From NCBI GenBank assembly GCA_965198115.1, contig OZ240241.1, positions 1,184,001 through 1,248,000 of the forward strand: a DNA stretch of 64,000 nucleotides. The letters run 5' to 3'. The translations under genes were made by a program, and so were the position numbers. This document shows positions 49,270-58,709 of this stretch, piece by piece. Source of the stretch: Candidatus Latescibacterota bacterium (GTDB lineage Bacteria > Latescibacterota > UBA2968). The notes below the pieces were generated by a model. The model was not told the DNA's origin, did not search any database, and saw only the letters and a program-made list of their open reading frames with translations. Numbering within the stretch: the stretch's first letter is position 1; each line of letters opens with the position of its first letter.

Positions 49270-51954
49270 ATGTCTCACTCCCTATCCTTCGATGCCTGCG
49301 CACGGCTGCCCCTGCCAGAGGATAATGTAGCGATCGTAACGCGGCGACTTGAGCGCGGCACCAGGATCCAGACCGAACGGGGCGACCTCACCCTATCGTC
49401 AACCCTACTGGAGGGCCACCGTTTCGCTCTGTCCTCCATCGTGCCGGGCGATTTCCTGCTTTCGTGGGGTTTGCCATTCGGCGTGGCTCTTAAGGAAGTC
49501 CTTCCCGGCGACTACGTTTGCAATGAGGGAATCCTCGAGGCGCTCCGACTTCGACAGCTCGATTTCGATCTGCCCGGAGAACCAAACTTCGAAGATCGCA
49601 TCGTTCCGCACACGATCGATGCCGACACCTTCGTGGCCGGCGCACAGGTCGAGCCGTGCGACGAGATTCCTACTTTCGATGGTTTCCGCCGGAGTCCTGC
49701 ACGGGGCGTGGGTACCCGCAACTGCATCGTGCTGCTGGGAACGTCTTCTCGCACAGGGAGTTTCGTGCGAGCGCTAGAAGACCGTCTCAAGGCGAAAGTG
49801 AGCGACTATCCGAACGTGGATGGCATCGTCGCCATCGCCCATACCGAAGGTGGCGAGCGAGATCGGCCGAACAACCTGGACCACGTCCTCAGGACGCTCG
49901 GTGGATTCGTCGTGCACCCGAATGTGGGCGCCATTCTGGCCATCGATTACGGGACCGAGGCCATCACCAACGCAAAACTGGAACGGTGGATTCGTGACCA
50001 GGATCTCCCGCTCGATGGAATCCCACACGCTTTCTACTCGATCTCGAAGGGGTCGCAGGAGAGCCTGGACGAGGCGTCGAGGATGGTTGAATCGTGGCTG
50101 CCAACCGTCAACGCCGCCGTGCGCGCCCCGGTTCCTGCGACCGAGATAAAACTCGCCTTACAGTGTGGAGGGTCCGACGCGTTTTCCGGCGTGTCTGGCA
50201 ATCCTCTCGCATCCTGGGTCGCACGAGAGGTGATCCGTTACGGAGGGTGTGCAAACCTGGCCGAAACCGACGAATTGATCGGCGCCGAGGCCTACGTACT
50301 CAAGAACGTCAGAGATTTGGAGACGGCGGAACGATTCGTCGAAAAGGTCGAAGACTACAAGCGACTCGCAGCGTGGCACGGCACGTCGGCAGAAGGTAAC
50401 CCTTCAGGAGGCAACAAATTCAGAGGCCTCTACAACATCGTCCTGAAATCGATCGGCGCAGCGATGAAGCGTCATCCGGAAGTTCGATTGGATCACGTGA
50501 TCGACTACGGGCGGAGGATGATCGAGCCCGGTTACTATTTTATGGACAGTCCAGGAAACGACCTGGAGAGTATCGCGGGACAGGTTGCGTCGGGGTGCAA
50601 CGTGATCTACTTCGTAACAGGAAACGGATCGATCACCAATTTCCCGTTCGTCCCGACGGTCAAAATCGTCACGACCTCGGCTCGCTACAAGATGCTGTCA
50701 CACGAGATGGACGTGAACGCAGGATCCTACCTCGACGGGACCTCGATGGACGAACTGGGTGCGAGGACCCTCGAACAGACCCTGGCCGTGGCCTCAGGGA
50801 AGGCTTCGAAAGGAGAAGCAGCAGGGCACTCACAGGTTTCCCTGTGGCGAAACTGGCGACAGACCGGTTCGGCAGACCCCCAGTCCGTCGCCGAGCAGGT
50901 CATCCCATCGGGAAATCCGCTGCCTGTAGCGAAGGCGTCACCCGTTCCGTTGACTTACAACGGCTACGTAACAGCCGACGGCCACGCGGCGGACGCCGTT
51001 GGGCTGATCCTGCCGACCAGCCTCTGTTCTGGCCAGATCGCCCGAATGTGCGCGGACCAACTCCAGGAGAAGGGCGTTGGCCTGGGTGCGGGACTGACTC
51101 GCTATACGGCCTTGGTCCACACGGAGGGATGCGGTGTTGCGGGAGAGGAGACCGAGCGGATGTATACCGAGACGATGCTGGGTTATCTCACCCATCCACT
51201 CGTCCGTCACGCATTCGTTCTGGAGCACGGCTGCGAAAAGACACATAACGACTTCATCCGTCATCACATCGCCGAGCGGAACTTGGATGAAGACCGATTC
51301 GGCTGGGCGAGCATTCAACTCGATGGGGGCATCGCGGCGGTGATGGAACTCGCTGAATCGTGGTTCGAGGAGCGAGCGGGTTCCTCCACCGCGACGGTCG
51401 AGGCTCCACTCTCATCCCTGCGTCTCGGATTGGCTTCGGAAGGAACCTTGCCAGCGGGCGCGGCTCGACAACTCGCCGAACTGACTCGTCATCTCGTGGC
51501 GTCGGGCACAACGGTCATCGTGCCACAATCGACAGGGCTACTCGAGTCAGACACTTATGTCGGTGGCACGCTCGAGAACATCACACCGTCCCCGACGATC
51601 GGCTATGGACAATCTCCCGACCGATCGGGCTTTCACGTGATGGCATGCCCGACCGATCACTGGGTGGAGACGCTCACTGGATTGGGTGGAACTGGCGTCG
51701 ATCTCGTTCTGGCTCTGGCGGGCGAACATCCGCTTCAAGGACATCCACTGGTGCCGGTGCTACAGGTAGGCGTGGGAGAATGCGCCGTCGTCTACGAGGA
51801 CGATGTAGACCTCGCGATCGGCGAGGACACGACGTGGGAGGATCTCATCGGTCTCGTCCTGCGGGTCGCATCGCGAAGGACCGTCCCGAAGGCCCTGTCA
51901 CGAAAGCTCTTCGACTTCCAGTTCACACGCGGGTTGCTGGGTGTATCCATGTAA
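49270..51954 (+). CDS. UxaA/GarD-family sugar-acid dehydratase, extended with a second module
   Basis: SAF-like DNVAI..GHRFAL, GVGTRN, HTEG, QCGGSD..SG..GNP, GNPSGGNK, FVTGNG; second HTEGCG/EHGCEK module. Confidence 0.88.
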   Translation: MSHSLSFDACARLPLPEDNVAIVTRRLERGTRIQTERGDLTLSSTLLEGHRFALSSIVPGDFLLSWGLPFGVALKEVLPGDYVCNEGILEALRLRQLDFDLPGEPNFEDRIVPHTIDADTFVAGAQVEPCDEIPTFDGFRRSPARGVGTRNCIVLLGTSSRTGSFVRALEDRLKAKVSDYPNVDGIVAIAHTEGGERDRPNNLDHVLRTLGGFVVHPNVGAILAIDYGTEAITNAKLERWIRDQDLPLDGIPHAFYSISKGSQESLDEASRMVESWLPTVNAAVRAPVPATEIKLALQCGGSDAFSGVSGNPLASWVAREVIRYGGCANLAETDELIGAEAYVLKNVRDLETAERFVEKVEDYKRLAAWHGTSAEGNPSGGNKFRGLYNIVLKSIGAAMKRHPEVRLDHVIDYGRRMIEPGYYFMDSPGNDLESIAGQVASGCNVIYFVTGNGSITNFPFVPTVKIVTTSARYKMLSHEMDVNAGSYLDGTSMDELGARTLEQTLAVASGKASKGEAAGHSQVSLWRNWRQTGSADPQSVAEQVIPSGNPLPVAKASPVPLTYNGYVTADGHAADAVGLILPTSLCSGQIARMCADQLQEKGVGLGAGLTRYTALVHTEGCGVAGEETERMYTETMLGYLTHPLVRHAFVLEHGCEKTHNDFIRHHIAERNLDEDRFGWASIQLDGGIAAVMELAESWFEERAGSSTATVEAPLSSLRLGLASEGTLPAGAARQLAELTRHLVASGTTVIVPQSTGLLESDTYVGGTLENITPSPTIGYGQSPDRSGFHVMACPTDHWVETLTGLGGTGVDLVLALAGEHPLQGHPLVPVLQVGVGECAVVYEDDVDLAIGEDTTWEDLIGLVLRVASRRTVPKALSRKLFDFQFTRGLLGVSM

Positions 51955-51956
51955 GC

Positions 51957-52247
51957 TCAACCCCCGGTATCGATCCATCTGTTCAGAGCCTCCACGACCT
52001 TCTGCGCCTGGTCGAGGCTCGAAATGTTGAATTTGCTGCGGTAGGCGTAGACCCCATCGCGCTTCTGGTATCGGCGTATGGCCACTTTCGTCGGTCCGTA
52101 GTCCTCTTTGCGACGATCGAAGTCCTTGTAGAGGAACATGACCGTCGCCCAAGCCCCCTTCGTCAGCACGTGCTTGTCGAGTTCCTTAACGAGCAGCACG
52201 CCATCCTCTTCGTAGTTCACAGTTAATTCTTCGACGGTCTCTGCCAC
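51957..52247 (-). CDS. Conserved hypothetical small protein
   Basis: GGAGG RBS, protein-like composition (KELDK..L.KGAWAT, IRRYQK, SKFNISS). Confidence 0.75.
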   Translation of the reverse strand: MAETVEELTVNYEEDGVLLVKELDKHVLTKGAWATVMFLYKDFDRRKEDYGPTKVAIRRYQKRDGVYAYRSKFNISSLDQAQKVVEALNRWIDTGG

Positions 52248-52414
52248 GCAGAACCTCCCTCACCCGGGCCTTTCTGAATCACGTCGTTCACGAGTCCAAA
52301 ATGCGGCCCAATGTAAGTTCGTCGTCGGGCCGTCGCAAATCGGTTCGGCACGCTCTTGACATCCTGTCGGACGCCGACCTACTTGATGAAACGACCCATC
52401 TCAAGGACGACGTC

Positions 52415-53272
52415 ATGGATCCCCAACTGATCGCCGACTACGCGTGCAAGACGGGAGAGGGGCCGCTCTGGCACCCGACCGAAAAGCAGGTCTACTGGTG
52501 CGACATTCCGAACGGTCGTCTGTTTCGTTTCGATCCCTCCACGGGAGAACACGAGACATTTTTCGAAGGTGACGTGGTCGGTGGATTCACCATCCAGGCC
52601 GATGGCAAACTTCTGCTCTTCATGGCGCGCGGAGCGATCCGCATTTGCGACGGCGGCGACCTCCTTACGATCGTGGATGAGATAGAGGGAGAAACCTCGT
52701 CAAGGTTCAACGACGTCATCGCCGATCCAGTCGGTCGCGTCTACTGTGGAACCATGCCCAGTCCGGATCACCTCGGAAGACTCTACAGGCTGGACACCGA
52801 TGGGAATCTCGCGGAGATTGTGGACGAGATCGGCTGTTCGAATGGCATGGGATTCACGCCCGATCGAAAGAACCTCTACTACACAGATTCGACGGCCAAA
52901 AAGATCTACCTGTTCGACTACGACGAACCGACGGGCGATCTGACGAACCAGCGCGTGTTTCTCGATGTGGGAGACGAGGAGGGCATCCCCGACGGCATGA
53001 CGGTCGACGCAGAGGGTTACGTCTGGTCTGCCCGCTGGGATGGCAGTTGCGTCGTTCGATACGACCCGACTGCCCACGAGGTCGCCCGCGTCGGATTTCC
53101 AGCTCGAAAGGTCTCCTGCATCACCTTCGGCGGCGACGAGTACGCCGACGCCTACGTCACGACGGCCGGGGGTGACGACAAAGCGAACGAGGGAGACGGT
53201 GCGGGGGCCCTCTTTCGGGCCGACTTGGGTGTTCGCGGTGTTCCGGAATTCGTCTCGAGGGTAGGTCTCTGA
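52415..53272 (+). CDS. SMP-30/gluconolactonase family protein
   Basis: GEGPLW, RFND, SNGMGF, PDGMTVD. Confidence 0.93.
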   Translation: MDPQLIADYACKTGEGPLWHPTEKQVYWCDIPNGRLFRFDPSTGEHETFFEGDVVGGFTIQADGKLLLFMARGAIRICDGGDLLTIVDEIEGETSSRFNDVIADPVGRVYCGTMPSPDHLGRLYRLDTDGNLAEIVDEIGCSNGMGFTPDRKNLYYTDSTAKKIYLFDYDEPTGDLTNQRVFLDVGDEEGIPDGMTVDAEGYVWSARWDGSCVVRYDPTAHEVARVGFPARKVSCITFGGDEYADAYVTTAGGDDKANEGDGAGALFRADLGVRGVPEFVSRVGL

Positions 53273-53982
53273 TGTGCGGGCGCTTCACGCTCCATACGAG
53301 TCGGGCTGATCTACAGCTCGCCTTCGAAGGGTTCGTCTTCCCGGACGAAATCGACCCACGCTACAACATCGCACCGACGCTCGACATCTTGGTCGTCGCC
53401 AATGACGGGACGCGCGAGGTTCGACAGGCGCGATGGGGGCTGATCCCTGGATGGGCCAAGGATCCCAAGATCGGCAATCGACTGATCAATGCCCGATCCG
53501 AAACGTTGGCGCAGAAACCGGCCTTCAAAGACGCCTTCCGCAAGAGAAGATGTCTGGTGATCGCAGACGGCTTCTATGAGTGGCGCAAGGAACCCGAAGG
53601 CGGCAAGACGCCGATCTACATCCAGCTGCAAGACGGCCGTCCGTTTGCGTTCGCCGGGCTTTGGGCCCGCTGGCATCCGGACGAAGGTGAACCCGTCACG
53701 TCCTGCACGATCGTGACGACCGAGCCCAACCCCCTCGTTGCCCCCATTCACAATCGCATGCCAGTCATCCTACCTCCGACGGCCTACGACCTTTGGCTCG
53801 ATCCCGACACGGACGAGCCCGAGGTTTTGAACGGATTGCTCGTCCCCTACCCCGCTCAGGAGATGGTTATCCGGCCTGTCACGCGTTTCGTGAATTCGGT
53901 CCGCAACGAAGGTGCCGAATGCATCGCCGCACTACCGCCCGCGCGCGGGGACGCGGAGGTCGGGCAGCTCTCGCTCCTTTGA
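53272..53982 (+). CDS. SRAP (SOS response-associated peptidase, YedK/HMCES-like)
   Basis: MCGRF, RYNIAP, WGLIP, INARSE, GFYEW, IHNRMP. Confidence 0.95.
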   Translation: MCGRFTLHTSRADLQLAFEGFVFPDEIDPRYNIAPTLDILVVANDGTREVRQARWGLIPGWAKDPKIGNRLINARSETLAQKPAFKDAFRKRRCLVIADGFYEWRKEPEGGKTPIYIQLQDGRPFAFAGLWARWHPDEGEPVTSCTIVTTEPNPLVAPIHNRMPVILPPTAYDLWLDPDTDEPEVLNGLLVPYPAQEMVIRPVTRFVNSVRNEGAECIAALPPARGDAEVGQLSLL

Positions 53983-54001
53983 CCGAAGAGAGGATCAGAC
54001 C

Positions 54002-54766
54002 GTGACCATCGTCGACACACACTGCCACATCGGTGTTTACAAATACGAGCCCGTCGAATCGCTCGCCTTCCACATGGAACGGGCGGGCGTCGACAAGGCC
54101 GTGTTCATCCAGTACGGTGGAAACAGCGACAACCAGTACATGGTCGATTCAGCCGCCGCGCAGCCGGGCCGGTTCCAGTCGGCAATGATCGTCGCTCCCG
54201 ACGACGGCGGGTCCGCGATCCGTGCGTGGGCTGAAAAAGGAATCGTCGGCATTCGTCTGCCCCTGGCCTCCAGGGCCACGGGTGACGATCCCCTTGCACA
54301 TTGGCGGGTAGCAGCCGAACTGGATCTCGTCGTCAGCGCTCCCAGCCGTCCTTCCGTCCTGCTCGGTGAACCCTTCTCGGAGGTTCTGAACACCTTTCCC
54401 GACCTCGAGATCGTGATCGAGCATCTGGCAGGTGTCGGATCGGACGCGAAGCCGCCCTACGACGAATTCCGCAAAGCCCTCGAACTGGCTGAGCGTCCGA
54501 ACTTGACGATCAAACTCCCGGGGTTCGGCGAGATTTGTAAAGTCCCCCTTCCGTTCGACCCGATTCCGCCCGTGGCAGACATGGCGCTCGAAGCGTTCGG
54601 TCCAAACCGGATGATGTGGGGAAGCGACTACCCGCCCGTCAGTGGTCGTGAAGGGTATGACAACAGCCTCGCCGTTCCCCGTGGTTACTTTTCAAAACTG
54701 AGTGATGACGAACAATCGGCCGTGTTCGGAGGGACGGCGCTCAAAGTCTGGAGATTCGACGAATAG
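54002..54766 (+). CDS. Amidohydrolase family protein (Amidohydro_2, lactonase-like)
   Basis: DTHCH, GIRL, IEHLA, MWGSDYP. Confidence 0.88.
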   Translation: MTIVDTHCHIGVYKYEPVESLAFHMERAGVDKAVFIQYGGNSDNQYMVDSAAAQPGRFQSAMIVAPDDGGSAIRAWAEKGIVGIRLPLASRATGDDPLAHWRVAAELDLVVSAPSRPSVLLGEPFSEVLNTFPDLEIVIEHLAGVGSDAKPPYDEFRKALELAERPNLTIKLPGFGEICKVPLPFDPIPPVADMALEAFGPNRMMWGSDYPPVSGREGYDNSLAVPRGYFSKLSDDEQSAVFGGTALKVWRFDE

Positions 54767-54767
54767 G

Positions 54768-55493
54768 TCAGCTCACCCCGTGCGTACCGATTTGGACGAA
54801 CCCTTCGGCGTGGGTGCAGCCGGCCATGCCCGCCGTCGACCTGGCCTCGCAGGCCCGGTATCGACCCAGAATGTCATACGTCCCCGACAGATCGCCCTGA
54901 GCCGCAAACTTGACCAACGCTGCCGCCTTCCGCTCGAACACGTCGCTGATGTCCACGAAAATCTCGGGGAGGAATCCGGCCACGGGCGCCGTGCCGATCG
55001 TCGTTTCGTAGCAGAGAAGACGTGGTCTCGCACACGGAGGATCGTCGGTCTTGATACCGCCGGAGCCGCAGTAACTGCACGCCCAGATCACCCCACGTGT
55101 CGTCTCTACGTGGTCGGGGTGCATGACGTCGTCCTTCCAGTGGGTGAGGACGATGTCGGGGCGGAACGCCCTGATTGCCTGGATCAGCGCTTCGAGTCGC
55201 CCCTGGTCGAGGATCAGGGGGCTGTCGCCGTAGTCGAAACACGAAACCGACACCCCGAGGATCTCGGCGGCGGCCTCGATCTCCTGCTTCCTGATTTCCT
55301 TGACCTCGTCGACGTCCCGGTCCGGGTCTTCCTGCCACAGCACGGGAGCCTCGCACCGCTCCCCGTAAGTCAGGTCGTGAACCTGAACGGCTCCACCCGC
55401 TTCCACGAATCGCAGGATGGTTCCCCCTGCGCGCGAACAGAAATCCGCTGCGTGCGCGCTGAAGACCAGCACGCGGGCGTTTTCCACGATCAT
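54768..55493 (-). CDS. PIG-L family protein, 4-oxalomesaconate hydratase (GalB)-like
   Basis: SAHAADF..RAGG, YGER.E, HPDH. Confidence 0.8.
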   Translation of the reverse strand: MIVENARVLVFSAHAADFCSRAGGTILRFVEAGGAVQVHDLTYGERCEAPVLWQEDPDRDVDEVKEIRKQEIEAAAEILGVSVSCFDYGDSPLILDQGRLEALIQAIRAFRPDIVLTHWKDDVMHPDHVETTRGVIWACSYCGSGGIKTDDPPCARPRLLCYETTIGTAPVAGFLPEIFVDISDVFERKAAALVKFAAQGDLSGTYDILGRYRACEARSTAGMAGCTHAEGFVQIGTHGVS

Positions 55494-56263
55494 GGTTTCT
55501 CCTCCTCGTATCTACCCTGCCATTCTGGAGCCGCTCCGTTGTCGACCGGTTCGTAGCCCAGCAGTTCTTTGGCGTTCGTCAGATCCCACTTGTCCTCGCC
55601 ACCCTGGGAGACGCCGTAGAATATGCCGAACTTCACATCCTCGGTTTCGACGCAGCGCCAAACAAGCTGCGCACAATCCTTGGGGCTCAGCCATCTTGAC
55701 CCTCCCTTGGGATAGCGTCTGCCCGGCTCGTCTTTCCCGTTGAAGTTGGCGATTCGGAGGCACAGAACCCTGACGCCAAGCCGGTCTGCGTAGTAGCGTC
55801 CGAGAGCCTCGCCAAAGGCCTTTCCGGCTCCGTAGATGCCATCGGGCCTGACGGGCAACTCCGGTCGTGACACGATGTTGTCCTGTTCATTCAATCCCGT
55901 TACGTGGTTGGTACTCGCGAACACGACTGCGTCCACACCGTTGATGCGCGCCGCCTCGTAGATGTTGTAGCAGCTCCGTATATCGGTGTCGATCGTGCCC
56001 CGGGCCAGTTCGGCGCGTGTTCCGCTGCGACGACGGTTAGCCAGCGCGAGATGTACGATGGCATCGACGCCATCGGCCGCTTCAACCATGGCTTCGAAGT
56101 CGCCGATATCCCCCGTGACGACGACCTCCGTTGGCGAAACGTCTTCCGGGATCGTGCGATTGCACAAAAGCTTGAGGTCATACCTGTCTACCAGGTGCGG
56201 CCGGATCGCGTTGCCGACTGTGCCGGCTGCGCCAGTAATCAGAATTCGTTTCTTGCTGTCCAT
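55490..56263 (-). CDS. NAD(P)-dependent SDR, uronate-dehydrogenase-like
   Basis: ITGAAGTVG, FASTNH, RPDGIYGAGK, LRI, WLSPKD. Confidence 0.85.
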   Translation of the reverse strand: MDSKKRILITGAAGTVGNAIRPHLVDRYDLKLLCNRTIPEDVSPTEVVVTGDIGDFEAMVEAADGVDAIVHLALANRRRSGTRAELARGTIDTDIRSCYNIYEAARINGVDAVVFASTNHVTGLNEQDNIVSRPELPVRPDGIYGAGKAFGEALGRYYADRLGVRVLCLRIANFNGKDEPGRRYPKGGSRWLSPKDCAQLVWRCVETEDVKFGIFYGVSQGGEDKWDLTNAKELLGYEPVDNGAAPEWQGRYEEEKP

Positions 56264-56304
56264 AGCTTGGTCCATCCTATCACAAGATGAAAAGGGATCG
56301 AAAA

Positions 56305-57069
56305 ATGGAATCGGAACTCGATGCGGCGTGGCTCGTCGACCTCGCCAAGAAGGCGGGTGATCTGGCCTACGGATACTTTGGCAGGGCGACAGCCAAGCTG
56401 AAGCCCGACGATTCCTGGGTCACCGAGGCCGACCTGGCGGTCGAGCGATTCGTTCGCGAAGCGTTGGCAGCCGCTCGGCCCGACGATGCAGTTATCGGCG
56501 AAGAAGGCGACACGACCGTCTCGTCTTCTTCACGGTTTGTGTGGGCGATCGACCCGATCGACGGAACTCGCGCCTTCTACCACGGATTCCCGGTCTGGGG
56601 TGTGAGCATCGGTCTGTTGCTCGACGACCAGCCTCACGCGGGCGCTGTCATCCTTCCCGTTGTCGGAGATCTCTACCACTCGGACGGTCGAGACGCGTTC
56701 CTGAACGGCGTCCGCCTCGCTTCACCTTCTGCGGCGATCGATAAGAACGCCGTCTTCTTGATCAGCGAGGGCGCTTATCAGGCTCGTACCGTCGACTATC
56801 CTGGAAAGGTTCTGTCCCTCGGCTCTGCGGCCGCCCACTTGTGCTACGTCGCCGGAGGATCCGCCATCGGCGCGATGGATCGGGCTGCGATCTGGGATTA
56901 CGCAGCCGGCGCGGCCATCCTTTCCACGCTGGGCATACCGCCACGCTATGCGTCGGGGAACGCTATCGATTTCTCCGTCCTTTACGACGGTCGAACAGTC
57001 GCAGAACCGACGCTCTTCGCGTCCGATCTCACCTTCCGATCACTCCAGGCCGCAGCCGTCCAGCCATGA
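56305..57069 (+). CDS. Inositol monophosphatase family protein
   Basis: VTEAD, GEEG, WAIDPIDGT, WDYAAG. Confidence 0.92.
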   Translation: MESELDAAWLVDLAKKAGDLAYGYFGRATAKLKPDDSWVTEADLAVERFVREALAAARPDDAVIGEEGDTTVSSSSRFVWAIDPIDGTRAFYHGFPVWGVSIGLLLDDQPHAGAVILPVVGDLYHSDGRDAFLNGVRLASPSAAIDKNAVFLISEGAYQARTVDYPGKVLSLGSAAAHLCYVAGGSAIGAMDRAAIWDYAAGAAILSTLGIPPRYASGNAIDFSVLYDGRTVAEPTLFASDLTFRSLQAAAVQP

Positions 57070-57073
57070 CAAA

Positions 57074-57097
57074 AGGGGAATCCGGTAGGATTCCCCT
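57074..57097. terminator. Terminator between convergent genes
   Basis: Hairpin AGGGGAATCC-GGTA-GGATTCCCCT, preceded by an A-run. Confidence 0.75.
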
Positions 57098-57124
57098 CAG
57101 TCTCGTGGACGCGCAGAATAAGAC

Positions 57125-57565
57125 TCAGTCGGCGAATTCGGGAAAAGCCGGCGCGAGCATGTAAGCACAGTCCTCGTGGCAGCTGTTACAGTTGGGCACC
57201 AGCTCGCGAAACGCCTTATTGGCCCCCTTTACGTCGCCGGCCGACGCGAACTGAGCCATCCTGAGGGCGGCCTGCTGGGCTTCTTTGTTGTAGTTGATGT
57301 ACTTGGCTTTGTGGTCGGGCGGGTAGAGATCGATCACCTCGGAAAAGTTGGCCTGGATCCTTCGCGCATCAGCCTCCACGCCCTCGATCGACCTGTTCTT
57401 GAGCACCGCCATCGTGCGGTCGGTACTGATCTTGATTTCGCGCATCATCGCCCGACGTGTCGGGAGGTTGTTGTCGGAGGCCCCGTCCCCCTCGCACGCG
57501 TAGAACACGGCCGCAACAGCGATTGCACCGATCGCAAGGGCCGCGCACCGCAGGCCTGTCTTCAT
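57125..57565 (-). CDS. Cytochrome c'-like (class II) exported protein
   Basis: Signal peptide, helical body (RRAMM...), single near-C-terminal CNSCH. Confidence 0.75.
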   Translation of the reverse strand: MKTGLRCAALAIGAIAVAAVFYACEGDGASDNNLPTRRAMMREIKISTDRTMAVLKNRSIEGVEADARRIQANFSEVIDLYPPDHKAKYINYNKEAQQAALRMAQFASAGDVKGANKAFRELVPNCNSCHEDCAYMLAPAFPEFAD

Positions 57566-57647
57566 CCTTCTCCTCCTCATCAGCGTGAATCAAACGGCCG
57601 TTCGTCGTATACAGACTCGGTCATGATAAGCTGGCCACCGAGGTGCG

Positions 57648-58649
57648 TCAAGACGACTGCCGGCCGTTCTTGCCACCTTCTCTCGCAGCCTGACTCACCC
57701 TCTTCCTCAGAATCCGATCCTTCTGCGCCTTGAGCCATCGATTGAGGGGCGGATACACATACATCAAGAGACCGGACCCGCAGAGCGTGAGCGTCAAGAT
57801 CGAAACGGCGTCGGTGAAGTAGTAATACCGATGCCCCAACCCGAAGAAGGTTCCCGTATGGAGGGCGAGCATGACCTTCCTGATCGATTCGAAATGAACC
57901 ATCCCGATGGACGTGACAGCCATCAACGCCAGGAGAACGAGCCCCGCGGTGCCCGCCCAGTAGTGAATCTTCCGATTGTGACGGAAAACCGAGTTGATGG
58001 CCGTTCGGTCACCCAGGAGGTAATCGACCGATGAGAGTTGGCTCATTTGCTCCTCGAGCAGGGCATTTCGCTGCTGCAATTCGTCACGCTTGAGAACGAG
58101 CTCCATGAGGTCAGAAATCTGCTCGACCAGTTCCCCCACGAAGATCTCGTCATCCTGGGTGAAGTATCCGGGATCGCCCTGCTTGTTGAGCAGCTGGAGA
58201 ACCCCGATCGTTCGATCTCGGCGATTCTTGAGGGGGAAGGACAGCATGTTCTTCGTTTCGTAACCGGTCTTTCGATCGGTGCTGCCCGTAAAGCGGGCAT
58301 CCGTCGATGTGTCAGTCACACTCAGGACTTCCCCCGTCTGGAAAACGTGACCAGCCAATCCCTCGTCGCTTCGGATCCGGATCTGTTGTCCGTCCAACTT
58401 TAGGATCGACTCGTCGAGCTGGCCGTCTGTCCGAAGCGCGACGTGTGTGTAGAGTTCGTCGGTCAACCGGTCGTGAAAGAAGATCGAACAGCGATCTGCA
58501 TCGAGGTAGTGTCCGACCGCCCGTGCGATGCTGTTAATCAGCTCCTCCTGATCGGACGTCGCGTGCATCATGCGCCCGATCATCAACAACAGTTCCAGTC
58601 GTTCAACACGGGTCCGGAGTTCGTTGACGAGTGCCTCTTCCTCGGCCAT
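57648..58649 (-). CDS. GAF domain fused to a PepSY-TM-like membrane domain
   Basis: ADRCSIF, GLAGHV, D.RF..TD..TGY.TKNML.FPL, LQLLNK, FT..D; C-terminal RKIHYWAG, ALHTG, SGL. Confidence 0.8.
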   Translation of the reverse strand: MAEEEALVNELRTRVERLELLLMIGRMMHATSDQEELINSIARAVGHYLDADRCSIFFHDRLTDELYTHVALRTDGQLDESILKLDGQQIRIRSDEGLAGHVFQTGEVLSVTDTSTDARFTGSTDRKTGYETKNMLSFPLKNRRDRTIGVLQLLNKQGDPGYFTQDDEIFVGELVEQISDLMELVLKRDELQQRNALLEEQMSQLSSVDYLLGDRTAINSVFRHNRKIHYWAGTAGLVLLALMAVTSIGMVHFESIRKVMLALHTGTFFGLGHRYYYFTDAVSILTLTLCGSGLLMYVYPPLNRWLKAQKDRILRKRVSQAAREGGKNGRQSS

Positions 58650-58709
58650 CGATTCCCCTTCAGATAATTCCACGCAGCACAGCCACTTGAGCGGGACCAG
58701 GCCCGGGCC

